From: Macrostomum lignano
Lineage: Eukaryota
Assembly: GCA_002269645.1 (NCBI GenBank)
Contig: NIVC01001838.1
Coordinates: 124,001-188,000 of the forward strand
Length of the DNA: 64,000 nucleotides
Direction of reading: 5' to 3'
Shown: positions 1 to 15,281 of the stretch, piece by piece
How positions within the stretch are numbered: position 1 is the stretch's first letter
Layout: the number at the start of each line of letters is the position of its first letter
The notes under the pieces: generated by a model
Databases searched by the model: none
Told to the model about the DNA's origin: nothing
What the model saw: only the letters and a program-made list of their open reading frames with translations
Program-made: the position numbers and the translations under genes

Positions 1-212
1 GGAGGCAGGTGTGAGCATCGCTGGCTGGGATAAGGGCCATACCAGTCTCATACTGCACAGATAGTTCACCACGCCATTGCGTGCAGGACCCGGGGTCCTG
101 GGGGCAACAGCCCCGGCTCTCTGCCCTCTCGTCTCCCATCTTTTCTCTCTCCCGATCATCTCTGCCCTCTCCTCAGCGGTGTCGGAACCAAAGTAAAAAG
201 GCTAAACTAAAA

Positions 213-1270
213 TAGGGGTCGGCAAACCCCCAGGTTGGCCACATGTGGCCCACAAGCCCGTGGGTTCTTTGAATCTTCACAATAGCAATCCAGCCCACTC
301 TATGTTTGTGTCTCTTCTTAGCTGTCTTCTCTCACAGCTCTCTCTTCTCATATTCTCTCTTGTCCTCTCCTCTCCTCATCTCTCTCCTCTCCTCTCATCT
401 CTTCTCTTCATCTCCTCACCTCTTTCCTCTCATCTCCCTTTTCCTCTTCATTCTCTTCTCCCTTTCCTCCTCTCTCCTCTCCATTAATCTCCCTTCTCCT
501 CTATTCTCTCTATTATCAGCCTCTCTCTACTCTCAGCCTCTATCCACTCTCAGCCTCTGTCTACTCTCAGCCTCTCTCTACTCAGCCTCTACTTTTAGCT
601 TCTCTCAGCTCAGCTTCATATGCGATGCACAGGTAAAGCTATTACCTTCTCACTGATTGCTATCATTTTGTTATATTAATTTTATTTTTAGTCTTTAAAT
701 ACTAGACTTAAGACCCCCGCACTGAATTTTCCTCCCAAACGGAGGATTGTTGTTACCTCCTAACCCCCAGTATTTCCTTGCAATTCTTTACCATGCACTG
801 ACAAAGCATGCACTCTGCAGAGGACGCTTTTATAAGACCTAAATTTCATTTTCATTTCATTCCTCCGCTCTTCTCTCGTCTCTTCCCTCGTCTCTCTTCT
901 CTCTCGTCTTTGTTCTCAGCTCTCCTTTCTCCTCTTTTGTCTCTGCTCTCTTATCTTTTCTCACTTCTCTTTTGCTCTCTACTTTATCTTCTCTCTGGGA
1001 TTGCAATCCCGGGATTGGCCAAATTCCGGGATCCCGGGATCGCAAAAAACGGGATCTTGCAATCCCTACTCTCCCCTCTCTCAATACTTCCCTCTTCTCT
1101 CATCTCTCCTCTCGTCTATGTAATCTCTTCTCTCCTCTCTTATCTCTCCTTTCATCTCTCTCATCTCTACAACCTTATCTTTTCTCTCTTCCCTTTACTC
1201 TCTCTTATCTCTCCTTTCTCCTCTTCTCTCCTCTATTTTCTATTCGATATCCATTCTCTCCTCTTATTTT
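213..1270. repeat. CT-rich low-complexity tract preceded by a hAT/Charlie-like terminal motif
   Basis: Pyrimidine-rich (CT) sequence from about 320 to 1270. TAGGGGTCGGCAAAC...GGCCACATGTGGCCC at 213-250 resembles Charlie-type MITE ends. The Leu/Ser ORFs here are compositional. Confidence 0.6.
997..1066. repeat. 70-bp palindromic cassette
   Basis: Perfect palindrome GGGATTGCAATCCC (997-1010), internal GGGATCCCGGGAT, and closing TTGCAATCCC forming an inverted repeat with the start. Confidence 0.7.
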
Positions 1271-2429
1271 CTAACATATCAGTTACGAGCTCGTACATGT
1301 ACTTAATATCTGTACATGTACATGCATTTATAAGTTCGGCTTATTTTGACGAGATTTCAGAATTGTCAGACTTTGTATTGAAGCCTTGCGTTTCCCTAGG
1401 TATCAGTACTTGCTGAAAAATACATGTAGCTAATATCTGTGCAAATTTGCCGCAGTGCATAAACAGTACATATTTACATAAATAAATCTGAGGCTTCATG
1501 CTAAGTGCTGCATGCAAAGTCACTATAGTGAGTTATTTATTTACGAGCCAAATTGTTATCATGGTTACCAACCATAACAGTTGGCTAAAAACGTTGAAAC
1601 TGAAAAAAAAATTGCAACGAAAAATAACGATATGGCTGTTTTGAGGTGAGCTGTTTTATATAGATAGATTTCTATCTCCACGCAAGCCAGCAGTCAGTTA
1701 TTTAGACTGTATTTATGACTTCCAATCGTATCGTATCAGCACAGGCCAAAATTGAAAAAAAAGTTGCTCTAGGGTTGACTTGAGTGTAACGATCCGTGAG
1801 GTACCACCTAGTGTGGGAGCGGTGTGAGGACTGGTTGACCATAAATTAACTCTTTGCACATTCAAGCTTGAATTGACAGCAACCCCGCCTACCTTTTGTA
1901 TTCAACTCAAACAACAGAATACGGCTCGTGCGTGAACTCAATAGAAGTGGAAATAAAAAACTAAAAAAATTGCATCAGTTGCCACCCATTCACGATATTG
2001 AATATTATTTCTAGATACTAACGGATTGACAACAGTTTGTAGCAATGAAAAAATTGTTTTTCTATGAAATATTTCATCAGGCCTGTTCTGCGAACTTGAG
2101 CGCAAAAGGTATCTCATATCTGAATTTTAATAGCTCGTATACGTAGCTCATATAATATCATGCATAATGATGGGGATGATGATGAATTACGGAGGCTGCA
2201 GAAGTGCACTGAGTCGTACATACATGTACATGCAGTGACTAGCCCAAGTAAATGCTGCTTGCTCTGCAAGTGTGACGCAATGAACCCCATTCCTAATTTG
2301 AGCGTAAAACAAAGTTAATATCTGGCAAGAAATGTGGGGATTCTTAAATATGCTACAGGGCTATATTGGATGCAAAAAATAAGTAAGTGCGGATTTTTTT
2401 GGCTTTTTTAACTTGTTGTTATGATCTGA

Positions 2430-3571
2430 AATAGCAATAAGGTTGGCATGGATAGTATGATAATCGCGCCGTGTACACTGTAAAGCTGTTTGAAAGGTGC
2501 CTTGACAATGCTAAAAGGTCCGTCGCACTTCAAGGGAAGATTCGTCGGGTTGATGATATTTCTCGCTGAGTTGTTGTCATGAAGACGAAGTGTCGCGGCC
2601 GTTTGTCTCAGGAACTGTCACATCCTGCAAATGAAACTGGGCAGGTACATGTCTAGGATCAACTTGGAAATGTACGTCAACAGGTTCCATAGGCGATCTT
2701 TTTGCGACTGTAACTAGCATTGCGACTCAATGACTCAATACCTGCACTTCAGGTGAAAATTCTCTTACCTTCTCCTCCGCGATAATTCTAGCAACAAACT
2801 GTTCTTAAATAACATGCGCTTTGCTCCCTCCTTTACCTCCTTTGCTGCCTTTCTCTTCTGAGCTGGCCGATCAACTGGATCGCACGTGTGCGGAGCAATT
2901 GGGCTTCTATGGTCCCATCAGCCCGGCGGACTGCGGAGCCATGACAGTGCAGTGATAAATGCTTAGTGCAGCGATAGTACGTGTTTTTCGCCGCGTTTTT
3001 TCATCCATCAGATAGCCAAGGTCTCGTTGGGCATACTGCACTAGAAGGTCTTTTCCGTGACTGCATCCTGCACCTGTAAGAATCTCAAAGGGCTGGGGAG
3101 GTGGGCTGCGGGGCGGTGCAAGCTCTGCTGGAGGAATTTGAACGGATTTTTCCAGAGCTGGATCAGGGTCATTGAAATCTGGATAAATGGTAAAAAAATT
3201 TCCGCTTGTGCCGGAATCCTCAGATGCACTGCATGGTTCTGGATTTTCAGCAGGCAGAGGAACAGCCGCTGGTCCAGAATTCAGGGCTTGTCTAACATGT
3301 ACCACTGCAGCATCTGCAGTTTGAGATTGAGACACTGCTAAGTTGTCTCGGCCTAGTGAAGAGTTCACAAGAGCCCGTCTATTAAATTGCATTAATTTGC
3401 AGTCAAAGCCAGAAAAACTCACCGACATTTCTCATTGCAGAATACTGATCGATTGTGACGCGACTATCACATGCACGGTGCTGCCAATTCAAGCATTGAG
3501 AACACTCAATTGCTTCTTGTCTATCGCAAACTGGTTTGCAGACAGACCACACATGGATATGCGCATGCCAT
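2430..3571 (-). pseudogene. Degraded Mutator-like (MULE) transposase with N-terminal PHD finger and FLYWCH-like region
   Basis: Manual minus-strand translation across frameshifts gives: MACAYPCVVC/KPVCDRQEAIECSQCLNWQHRAC (PHD-like, ATG at 3571); FEILTGAGCSHGKDLLV...YHCTV (FLYWCH-like); PMEPVDVHFQVDPRHVPAQFHLQDVTV.../HFVFMT; and CDGPFSIVKAPFKQLYSVHG (MULE DGTF-type first catalytic motif). Several stops and frameshifts. Confidence 0.7.
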
Positions 3572-4285
3572 TTTGTATCTAAGTGCTTAGACTGTTGTCA
3601 GTGAATAAACAGATGAATTTTGAACAGGGCATGAAATTTACCCAGTTTTATCCCTTTTAAAGAAGTAACTTAGTCTCGACCAATTAGAGAAATTGAAAAA
3701 AGCTACACCTGATTTTATACGAAGAAGAGATTTGTTTAATACGAAATATGTTTACACCTCTTAGGGGCCTACTATAAGTAGGAAATTAAGACTCGTTCCA
3801 TTTTTGTCTTTAACCCAATATACGAGCTCCTACTAATAAAATTTTCTGACTGCCCTGTCTAAACCCCCCCATTGCAACCCCACATATCTCCCCACCCGAA
3901 GCTATCCAATAGTAAACCAGTTGTCATTTTCCGTGACCCCCACCCCAGCTGTGGCCATATTGGTGTGTGCATGCCATCTTGGTCTTACACGTACTTACAC
4001 AGGGCCTGCAAAACAACTGTCAACCAAGTCCAAACTAGGCCTACAATAATAATGAAACATTATAAATAGCAAACAACATAATGATATAAACATATAGACA
4101 GCCTCATTGATCATCCCCAAGAGTCTGTTCTAGCATATTCTAGGCCTTAACACATTCCTATCAATTGGCATTGCTATAGGGATAGGGCCTAGGCCTAACA
4201 AAGTTGTATAGAGTCTAGAACCTACTGCAGTTTCTAAAGCTTTTAACTTCCTAAGTTGCTATTACTATCTTGGCCCTTCCACAAG

Positions 4286-5229
4286 GGCTTCCAGACAATC
4301 CGGCGACAAGACGATCCGGCGAAAAACGAACCGGCGACAGTCAAATCGGCGACAGACGATCCGGGGACAGATTTTGTATTGTACATAGGGCCTTTTCATA
4401 TTGCTTGTTCTGGTTCCAGAACCAAAACCAATTTGTGAAGTATACTTTTTGTCTCCATAACTAGAGGGAGATACGTGCTATAAAGTTTTTATTTTTGAAT
4501 GACAATCGCTAAGAAGAAAGTGAAAAATTGTGCTAAGTGAGGTTGTTAAGGCAGTCAAACATTCAACAGAATTAAATAGTTATACTGCTGTTTTTCTTGG
4601 AAGATCCGAACCGATTCTGATTCTGGAATTGGTAATATGAAAAGCCTCATAGATTTTACGGATTTTAGATAAAAAATTTAGATATATAAAACAAAACTTT
4701 ACATGAACTACTGTAGTTTTCAATTTTACATGTAGAGATAGAGAATTCACCTTAGGACGATGAGTATATCCTTTCTAATAAAAATTTTACATTATGTCAG
4801 TACTTCTGGCAGTTTAGGATGTCACGACTCACGTCAAACGCGTTTTAATGTATCTGCAGATTAATAAAACTACATGTAGTGTGCGGCCATTAGTTAAAAT
4901 ATAAAAGAACGCTTTGATTTAATGCAGTTCTCCATTTTTAAAACAATACATGTATTATGTATCATAAATATAAGAAAACAAGCTGTTGATAGTTGATCCA
5001 AATCCGCGCATTTTGAACCTGATAAATTCCAATTCTCTCAGTTATTTTTGCATACATTCTAATAAAAAAGTTAATAACAATAATACCAATTATAATAATT
5101 ATAACAATCAAAGCTCCGTTTAATCTGTTTAAATAGCAATCGCCGGCTTTCATGTAATAGCTTTTTACTACGAATTGTCGCCGGATTGACTGTCGCCGGA
5201 TCGTCCTGTCGCCGGATTGACTGGAAACC
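4286..5229. mobile_element. Non-autonomous TIR element (MITE-like) with subterminal repeats
   Basis: Left end GGCTTCCAGACAATCCGGCGACA matches the reverse complement of the right end (GGTTTCCAGTCAATCCGGCGACA). ATCCGGCGAC-like units are repeated at both ends in inverted orientation. Flanks are cacaag / tacaag. Confidence 0.8.
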
Positions 5230-6475
5230 TACAAGTATGCACAAATGTAAAAAAGGATAAGAATCTATAGTTAACGTCAGTTGGAGCCAGAACTAAGGAA
5301 GAAATTAAAACACGATGTAAATGACGTCACGACGGTCACGTCGAGTCAACCATCCACCCAGCCATGCAGTCAGATAAATACCAGTGAATTAATATGTCAA
5401 TTTTGTAAGTGTTTCAAACAAAAACATTAATGTTTAAACAAATTTTAACTAACGATTATAGAAATGATGAACAGACCTAATAAAGCAAGATGTAAGGAAA
5501 AGATAAAATTTTAAGTTTGAATAAATTTAAACGCTTGAAACATTTACTTTAGCTATTGAACGATTTTTTTTATTTTGAGAGAAAAGGTGCGGAATCCATT
5601 AATTAAAGTTCAACTTATCACATTATATGTATATGCAGTCAGACAGAGTAATAGATATAATTTCTTTCATTGCTAGAAAATCGTACTTCGTTTTGATGAA
5701 TCTTGTGTAACTAATTCATTCGAAGTTGTTAGTGCACAAAGCTTATCGAAAATTTGTTCGACTTTCATCTTATTTCTTAGCAGTAAGCAGAGCAACCTTT
5801 CCCTTGCTGCAAATAATAAATCTGTCACAATCAATACTTTTTGTGTCTGGTATCCACATCTTGTTTTTTGTAAATTAGCATGTTCCTCTAGCTGATAGGA
5901 AACTGTACCCTATATTATCTCTTTCAACTTTTTTATTAATATTTTTGCCCTAACTGTTAGTAAAAGTTTTGTAAATTTTCTTAGTTAGGTCTAGGCCCTA
6001 ATTATATTTAATTAGGTATTAATATTTTAGGCAAAAAACAAAACCTAGTGACATTTTAAGACTTAGCTTAACATTAATCTTATCTAAGGTAACCTTAATC
6101 TGACAGACAAAAGTATGTCAGAAACTCTATCTTCAGCAACCCCAATGGAAACAAGTGACACTGAAGAAATGGAAATTTCTTCTGATAATGATAAGGCATT
6201 GGATTCAACAATTGATTCAGGTAAGTATTATTTGCTAATTAAAAAAACTCTATTATTATTAGTATTAGCCTTGTTTTAAAATGATTTTAAATAATAAATA
6301 TTATATAAATAATTACATAAATATTATATAAATAATACATAAATATATTTATATAGCCTAGGCCTTAGGGTATTATTTTTGCTTTATATAAATTTATACT
6401 ATATAATTTAGTTTTGTTTTTATTCATTTCAATGTTTCTAAGCCTTTGCTTTAAATCTAAAAGTTGAATATAATA

Positions 6476-7282
6476 CAAGGGGTATTTCAAAAGTAATAAG
6501 AATTTTGTTATAACTTTTGATTGGATGAACATATGAACCTGAAATTGTTATCCAAAAATTTTATACATATGAACAACTAATAGCTTTATTTAAGCCTTAT
6601 TTAACTGCATGCAACTGTGTAATTGTAAATAAAAGTCTATGCCTCAAGATTGAAAATTACAATTTTTGTCCATGGCAAAAAAGACTCAAAAAAGTTTAAA
6701 ATTTGAAGGCTTTTAAACTTCTGCTACTAAATTTGGCTACTTCTCATAAGAGCCTACTCTTTCTGCTTTCTATGGACAAAGTTGCCTGGGAATAATCTTG
6801 TAGTTTTGAGCTGCATAGCATTGCTGGTTAAAGTCACGATTTCTGACTGATATGGGCACAGAATATTCTATAAAAATGGCTCAATTTTTTTCTAACTAAG
6901 ACCTTTTTCTGAAGGTCCAAAATTGTCATCAAGTTTTTGGGAGGAAGAAGTTAACAAACTGGTACATTGCTGCAAGAAAGGTATCTAGATGAATAACAAC
7001 TTTATAAAGCTTGCTGAAATCACAGAAAAAATGAAAAATTGTACCAGATTTTTTACTTGATGAACACATTCAAACTTGGTTACTTTTGCCATAAACAAAA
7101 AGTATAATTTTTTTGAGGAATGATCTTTCACTTACAATTACATAGTTGTGTGCAGCTATATAATGCTTAAAATGAAGCTATTAGTTGTTTATATATGTAA
7201 CATTGTTGGGTGAAAATTTCAGGTTCATATGTTCATCCAATCAAAAGTTATAAAATTCTTGTTACTTTTGAAACACCCTTCA
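6476..7282. mobile_element. Tc1/mariner-like non-autonomous element, ~75-bp TIRs, TA flanks
   Basis: Left end: TA|CAAGGGGTATTTCAAAAGTAATAAGAATTTT...GATTGGATGAACATATGAACCTGAAATT. The same sequence is inverted at about 7205-7282 and followed by TA. Confidence 0.8.
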
Positions 7283-7419
7283 TAGATACTAACTAGGTAA
7301 ATCTTAAAGTTTAACATAGTATATATATTTAATATTTTTAATAAAATCTTGTTTTTATTGTTTATTCCAAGTATAGTATAGTATCTAGGTTAGAACTTAG
7401 ATATTATCTATAATTGGCA

Positions 7420-7998
7420 AGTCTATGATAATTGCTTGCAAATGAATTGCCTGCCAAGATTTGCCCATCGAGATTTGCCTGCTAAGCTTTTCTTGCAAGA
7501 TTTGCCTACAGTGCATTTTGCCCATTAGCAAACTGCCCAAAGAGATTTGCCCAGCAAAAATTGCCCACTGAGATTTGCCTGCAATGCAATTTGCATGCGA
7601 GAATTTTGCCTACCAAGGTTTTCCTGCAATACTTTTTCCGGCATTGCATTTGGTAGTTAGATTCTGTCTGTATTGCCCCTCTCATATTCTAAAAATATAC
7701 TTTTGATATACAGTTACTATTAAAACATTTTGATTAAATAAATCTATTAAGATTTACTATGTATTAAGGAAGCAATGCAGACAAAATCTGATATGTGGCT
7801 AAATGCGATACAAGAAAAAAGCATTATGGGTTAACCTCAGCGTGAAAAAACTTAGCTAGCTAATCTTCACAGGCAATTTGCTCATAGGCAAATCTCAATA
7901 AGCTATTTTTGGTAGGCAAATTTCCACAGGCAAAATGCATTGTAGGTAAATCTTGGTGGGCAAATCTAGGCAATTCGTCTGCGGGCATTTTTTGTGCT
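7420..7998. mobile_element. Degenerate MITE with ATTTGCC(C/T) subterminal repeats
   Basis: Many ATTTGCCY units on the left (7435-7660) and inverted RGGCAAAT units on the right (7870-7990). Flanked by direct repeat TCTATAATTGGCA (7407-7419 and 7999-8011). Confidence 0.65.
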
Positions 7999-8761
7999 TC
8001 TATAATTGGCATATCATCTTTACATTTACGAATTTTAACTATATACTATATGAATAAAAATATATTAATATCATTTTAGTTTTACTTTAAAATGAATAAA
8101 GTAAAACATTCTAAGTTCCTTATTTAAATGATATAAGTTATTAAAACTGTGTTTTTCAAGGATAACTCAATCCTTAAAAAAGAAATAATAAAACTTAGGA
8201 GCTTAGGAGAAGTTTTAACTACAATTGTAAAGTGACTAACTACAAAGTTTAACCTACAATGCTTTTTGAAGACTAAGTTTTTATTGGATTGGCTTCTAGG
8301 TTTTGTTATTTCCCATTCTGAGTATGGAGTAGTTTCTTTGTTTTTTTATAATTTTCAAACATGAAAAATAAAAATTCTTTCATTTTGCAAACATTTAAAT
8401 GAGTTAAGTTTTCAATCAAGCATTCTCATTTTGATTAAAAATTTATATTTTTAAATAGATTTTATCATATTAGATAGAAGGCTTTGCCTTTATTAGTAAT
8501 AAATTTAAAATATATAAAATATTCTGTAATATTAAACAAGATTAATTAAAAGGAAATAATATCTTTAAAAAGTTAGCATTTGGCCTATTTAGAATGATTG
8601 ATTTTTTACTATTTCTATTCCAATTTCTTATTTCTTTTCAATTTCTTTAATTCTATTAAACTTATTGATTTCCCTAACCAAATGTCTTATAAATAATATC
8701 AATTTGTTTGCTATTGATTAATAATTTAAACTTTGAAGAATTAATGCTTATGGTTGTAGTT

Positions 8762-11516
<2,755 letters not shown>

Positions 11517-12069
11517 TATTTTAAACAAATTTTCAATTTCTTGAGTTATAAATATGTTTTTGGTACTGACTTTAAAAAAATGTTTTCTAGCAAAAAATCC
11601 TCTTCGAAAAGTATATAAATATGTCTTGCAATTTATATTAAGCCAAAATATTGTTTTATTAGTTTACATTTTTTAAAACAAATAATAATATATTCAAAAT
11701 GCTATATATCAATTAGCTTTTGTTTTTGTCTTAGTTAAAATGAGTAAGAAGTATGTTCTTAGTAGTCAAAATTTTTAATAGTCATTTCAAGTCTTGACAT
11801 ATGTCATAATATATACTATACTTTATATAAATGTATTCTAGCAGTTTCATATATGCAAATATGTGATAAAAGTATATATTGCATTGTAAAATGCAAAGCT
11901 AATATGTATCACAAGTATCTATTGTTGCATAATGAGCCTAAAAACATATCAAAAGTCTTGATGTTAGATAGTATTTGTACAAATAATGTCAAGGTCATTA
12001 AATGCATATTTATTAGAATAAAAATTAGAAGAATAAGTGAATATTGTTTATATTTTCTAACATACATGC

Positions 12070-12221
12070 GCAACCTAGGGATTCACCCGGCCATTTCTAA
12101 TGGCAACACACACATTTAAGTCGCTATTGGCTGAGAGCAGTCATGTAACTACTATTCCGTCCAATAGCGACTTACATGTGTGTGTTGCCATTAGAAATGG
12201 CCGGGTGAATCCCTAGGTTGC
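12070..12221. mobile_element. 152-bp hairpin element (foldback/MITE), copy 1
   Basis: 61-bp arms (12070-12130 and 12161-12221) are reverse complements with one mismatch, around a 30-nt loop. A second copy lies at 24639-24790. Confidence 0.85.
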
Positions 12222-15200
12222 ACCCAAGCATGTTTTCTAACCAATAGTAGTTATCAATCTGAGATGTCAGTGCTAATGTAAGAATCACTGAGATATCAAG
12301 GCTTAGGTTAGGCTTTTAGAGAAAAATTTCCAAGATGTTAAGGTTGACATAAGAATTGTTAGGAAATCAAGGCTAAAAGATAAAGGCTATAAAGCTATAT
12401 AAGGTTATAAGGCTATTTAAAAATTTTATTTCATTTTTTTGTTGCTTCTCCAATTGGAAAACATTGTGTTATGGGGGTATAAACTTCTATATCTTAATCC
12501 TACTAGTAAGCCATTAGGCTGTCACAGGGCTCTTGGTTCTCCTTTCAAAATCTTACCAAGTTGCCATTAAGTTGTAACAGTTTTATTCTTATGTAATATC
12601 TTGATGTATTTTTGGTATTATACTTTTTACTAGTAGTGTATCATATATGTTTGTTTCCATATCAGTAGCATATTACATACTATAAGCCTGAGTAGTCTTA
12701 TAATACTTGTATTTATATCTTATCTTATATCTTAGCTCTCTTTTATTGGGGGTTTTTCTCTCAGTCTGGGCATTTACTGGGATCAAAGAGTCACTCTTAC
12801 ACTCTAGGTAGGTTTTTTGCCCTAAGGCAAAGTCTCAGATCCTGGTCTAGATATGCTTACACTTTGATAGGAGTTCTGCCTTATAAGGCAATTTCTTTGT
12901 CCTAGATACTAAATCTAGAAGTCTCTAAAAATAGAGTATCTTGGCTGTTTCTAGTTGTTATCTAGTACTCAAAATAAGTAACATAAGAGCAAGTACTAGC
13001 CCTAAGGCTGGTTGATTTTATCTCCAAATAGAATAACTAGAGAGGTGCTCAATCAATATTAAAGCACAATTTAAGCTTAGGAATAAGGGAACAATTGAAC
13101 AATTAATTTGAGTTGGCTTTTAGATAGCTCTTATTTATACTAAAATTTTCTTTATTATTTAGAACAAAAAGAATGTCTAAAAAAGATACAACACATTTAT
13201 AATTTTTTACAGTATAAAAAATGGTGGAGCTTTGAAATCATAATAAAGTTATATACCAAATGAAGCCTATTACAATTGATGATAGTTACTTATAACAATA
13301 TCAATATAAAGCTTCAGTTGAATCCTGATATGATCTTGATATAATATGATATGATCTTGATATAATATGATATGATCCTGATTATGATATTTATCATATT
13401 TAATCCTAAAAGTTCTAGTATTATCCAACTTTTTATATGTATATAATTAAAAAGATATCTAAATTTTTGGTCATTGAGAAGTTTTTTATAATTTTATAAA
13501 ATATGACAAGTTAAAAAGAAAAGCAATTATATTTACTCAACAAAATAGTCACCCCTAGCTATAACAATAGCTTTCTAATAAATTATAGGCCATTCTGAAT
13601 TAGATCTATAAAATTGGTCATTTTTGGATTAAAATCCTATGATCCCATATTTAAGTTGTACAAATGGGGATTTTTTGACCAAAATTTGGTTAGAAAAATA
13701 AAAGATAATTGCAAAAGAAACATCTTAGGCTATAAACTGGATATGACAATATCTTCCAGCCTAGCTGCTGCAGATACTGAACTTCCAAGTTTAAATTTAG
13801 AAAGGCAAAAGATACATTTTTTAATTTTGTTGTTTCCATTTCACACATATACGGCTTGTATATCATTGGTTGAAATAAGAATCAGAATTTCCTATGTAAT
13901 TCATTCAAAAGTGTGTATCCTTTTGTGTCCCTTTTTATTCATTGTTATGTCTGCTAGGTTTAACATTTGTCCAAAATTTATGGATCATTAAGTTTATTAT
14001 AAGTTAAGCTATGTTTTTTTAAGTAGTAACTGCTGTTAAACATCTTTTATCTTGGCAACATTTTTTGTGATTGTTTTTAATAGCAAGGGTTTACTGTTTT
14101 AAAAAGTAAATTCTAAAATATTTGTTTTTGGGTTAACTGGTTTATAATTTGCTTGTTGTGTATATCAGATTGTAATGAATGCTGTCAGACATTTTCTTGG
14201 CAGGGCCTGTTGCAAGTAGCGCTCAGCCATTGAATTTTTCACTCAATTCCTATAGCTTTCCCTCCCTGTAGTAGCTGTGAACTCACAACAATTAGGTCTT
14301 TAACTAAGAAAACAAACCCTGCATGCATGTTTCTCTCCCCCCTTTGACTGCTAGTTAAGGGCCTGGCTTAACCTCTTGCTCTAGACACACGATTTGCCAT
14401 TGGCTAAGGAGTAAAGGCCCCTGTTTTTATGCCCAAGTGCTGGCTGGGGGGGAGTGCAGCCGGCTGTTGAGTGACTGGCCACCCACTGTGCCCCCCTCGC
14501 TGTTGCTGCTGCATGTATTCTGTCGCCGAATATCTAGCACGGCCTTCCCTATCCCCCCTTATTCCCTTTCTTCGCCATTTTCCTCGTCTCTCTACCCTCG
14601 CGCCCGTTACCCCCCCCCCCGCTATATTTTTTTAACGCCAGCTCGTATAATGGCTTCAATAAAAAAGTTGAATAGCAAAGGCGGAACAGAAGTCACTGAG
14701 TGACAGTGAGCGGAAGGGGGGAGACAGTCCTCTCACCACTCCCCCGGCATGGATCGGGGGTTGAGAGAGGGTAGTGCAGCGCTAGGAGGATCGGGTGTTG
14801 TCGTCGGTCTATGCAAAGCCGGAGCCAACCAGAGTCACCGAGGGGTTCACAGGAAAGAGAGACACAGACGTTGGGTGGGGTTTGGGGTGCGTCAAGCTGC
14901 AGAGAGTTGCCGACTGCTTGTAGGCCATGCTAGACACTGAAATACGTATGCTGCACACACATGACACCAGTGTTAATTTAGGAAGTCTTCAAAACTGCGT
15001 CGTCCGCCCGCCCGACCGCCTCCCTCCTTTTGCCCACCACCTCCGCCGCCTTATATTTCTCTGTCCGTCTCTCAACTTAGCCGCCTATAAATCGGCGCTC
15101 CTCGGGGCTTCCCTGGCGCTTTATTAAAACAAAATAGAAAGTGGAAGCACAATAGCAACAAATTGGCAGCCTTGCGGTGCAGTTTGACAATGCGCGGTCA

Positions 15201-15281
15201 AGGCTGCAGTTCCTTAGACGCGGCTCCAGCGCAGTAAATGACCCGTCGTCAGGCCCCCCTATCCAACTGGGCAGCCGTCAG

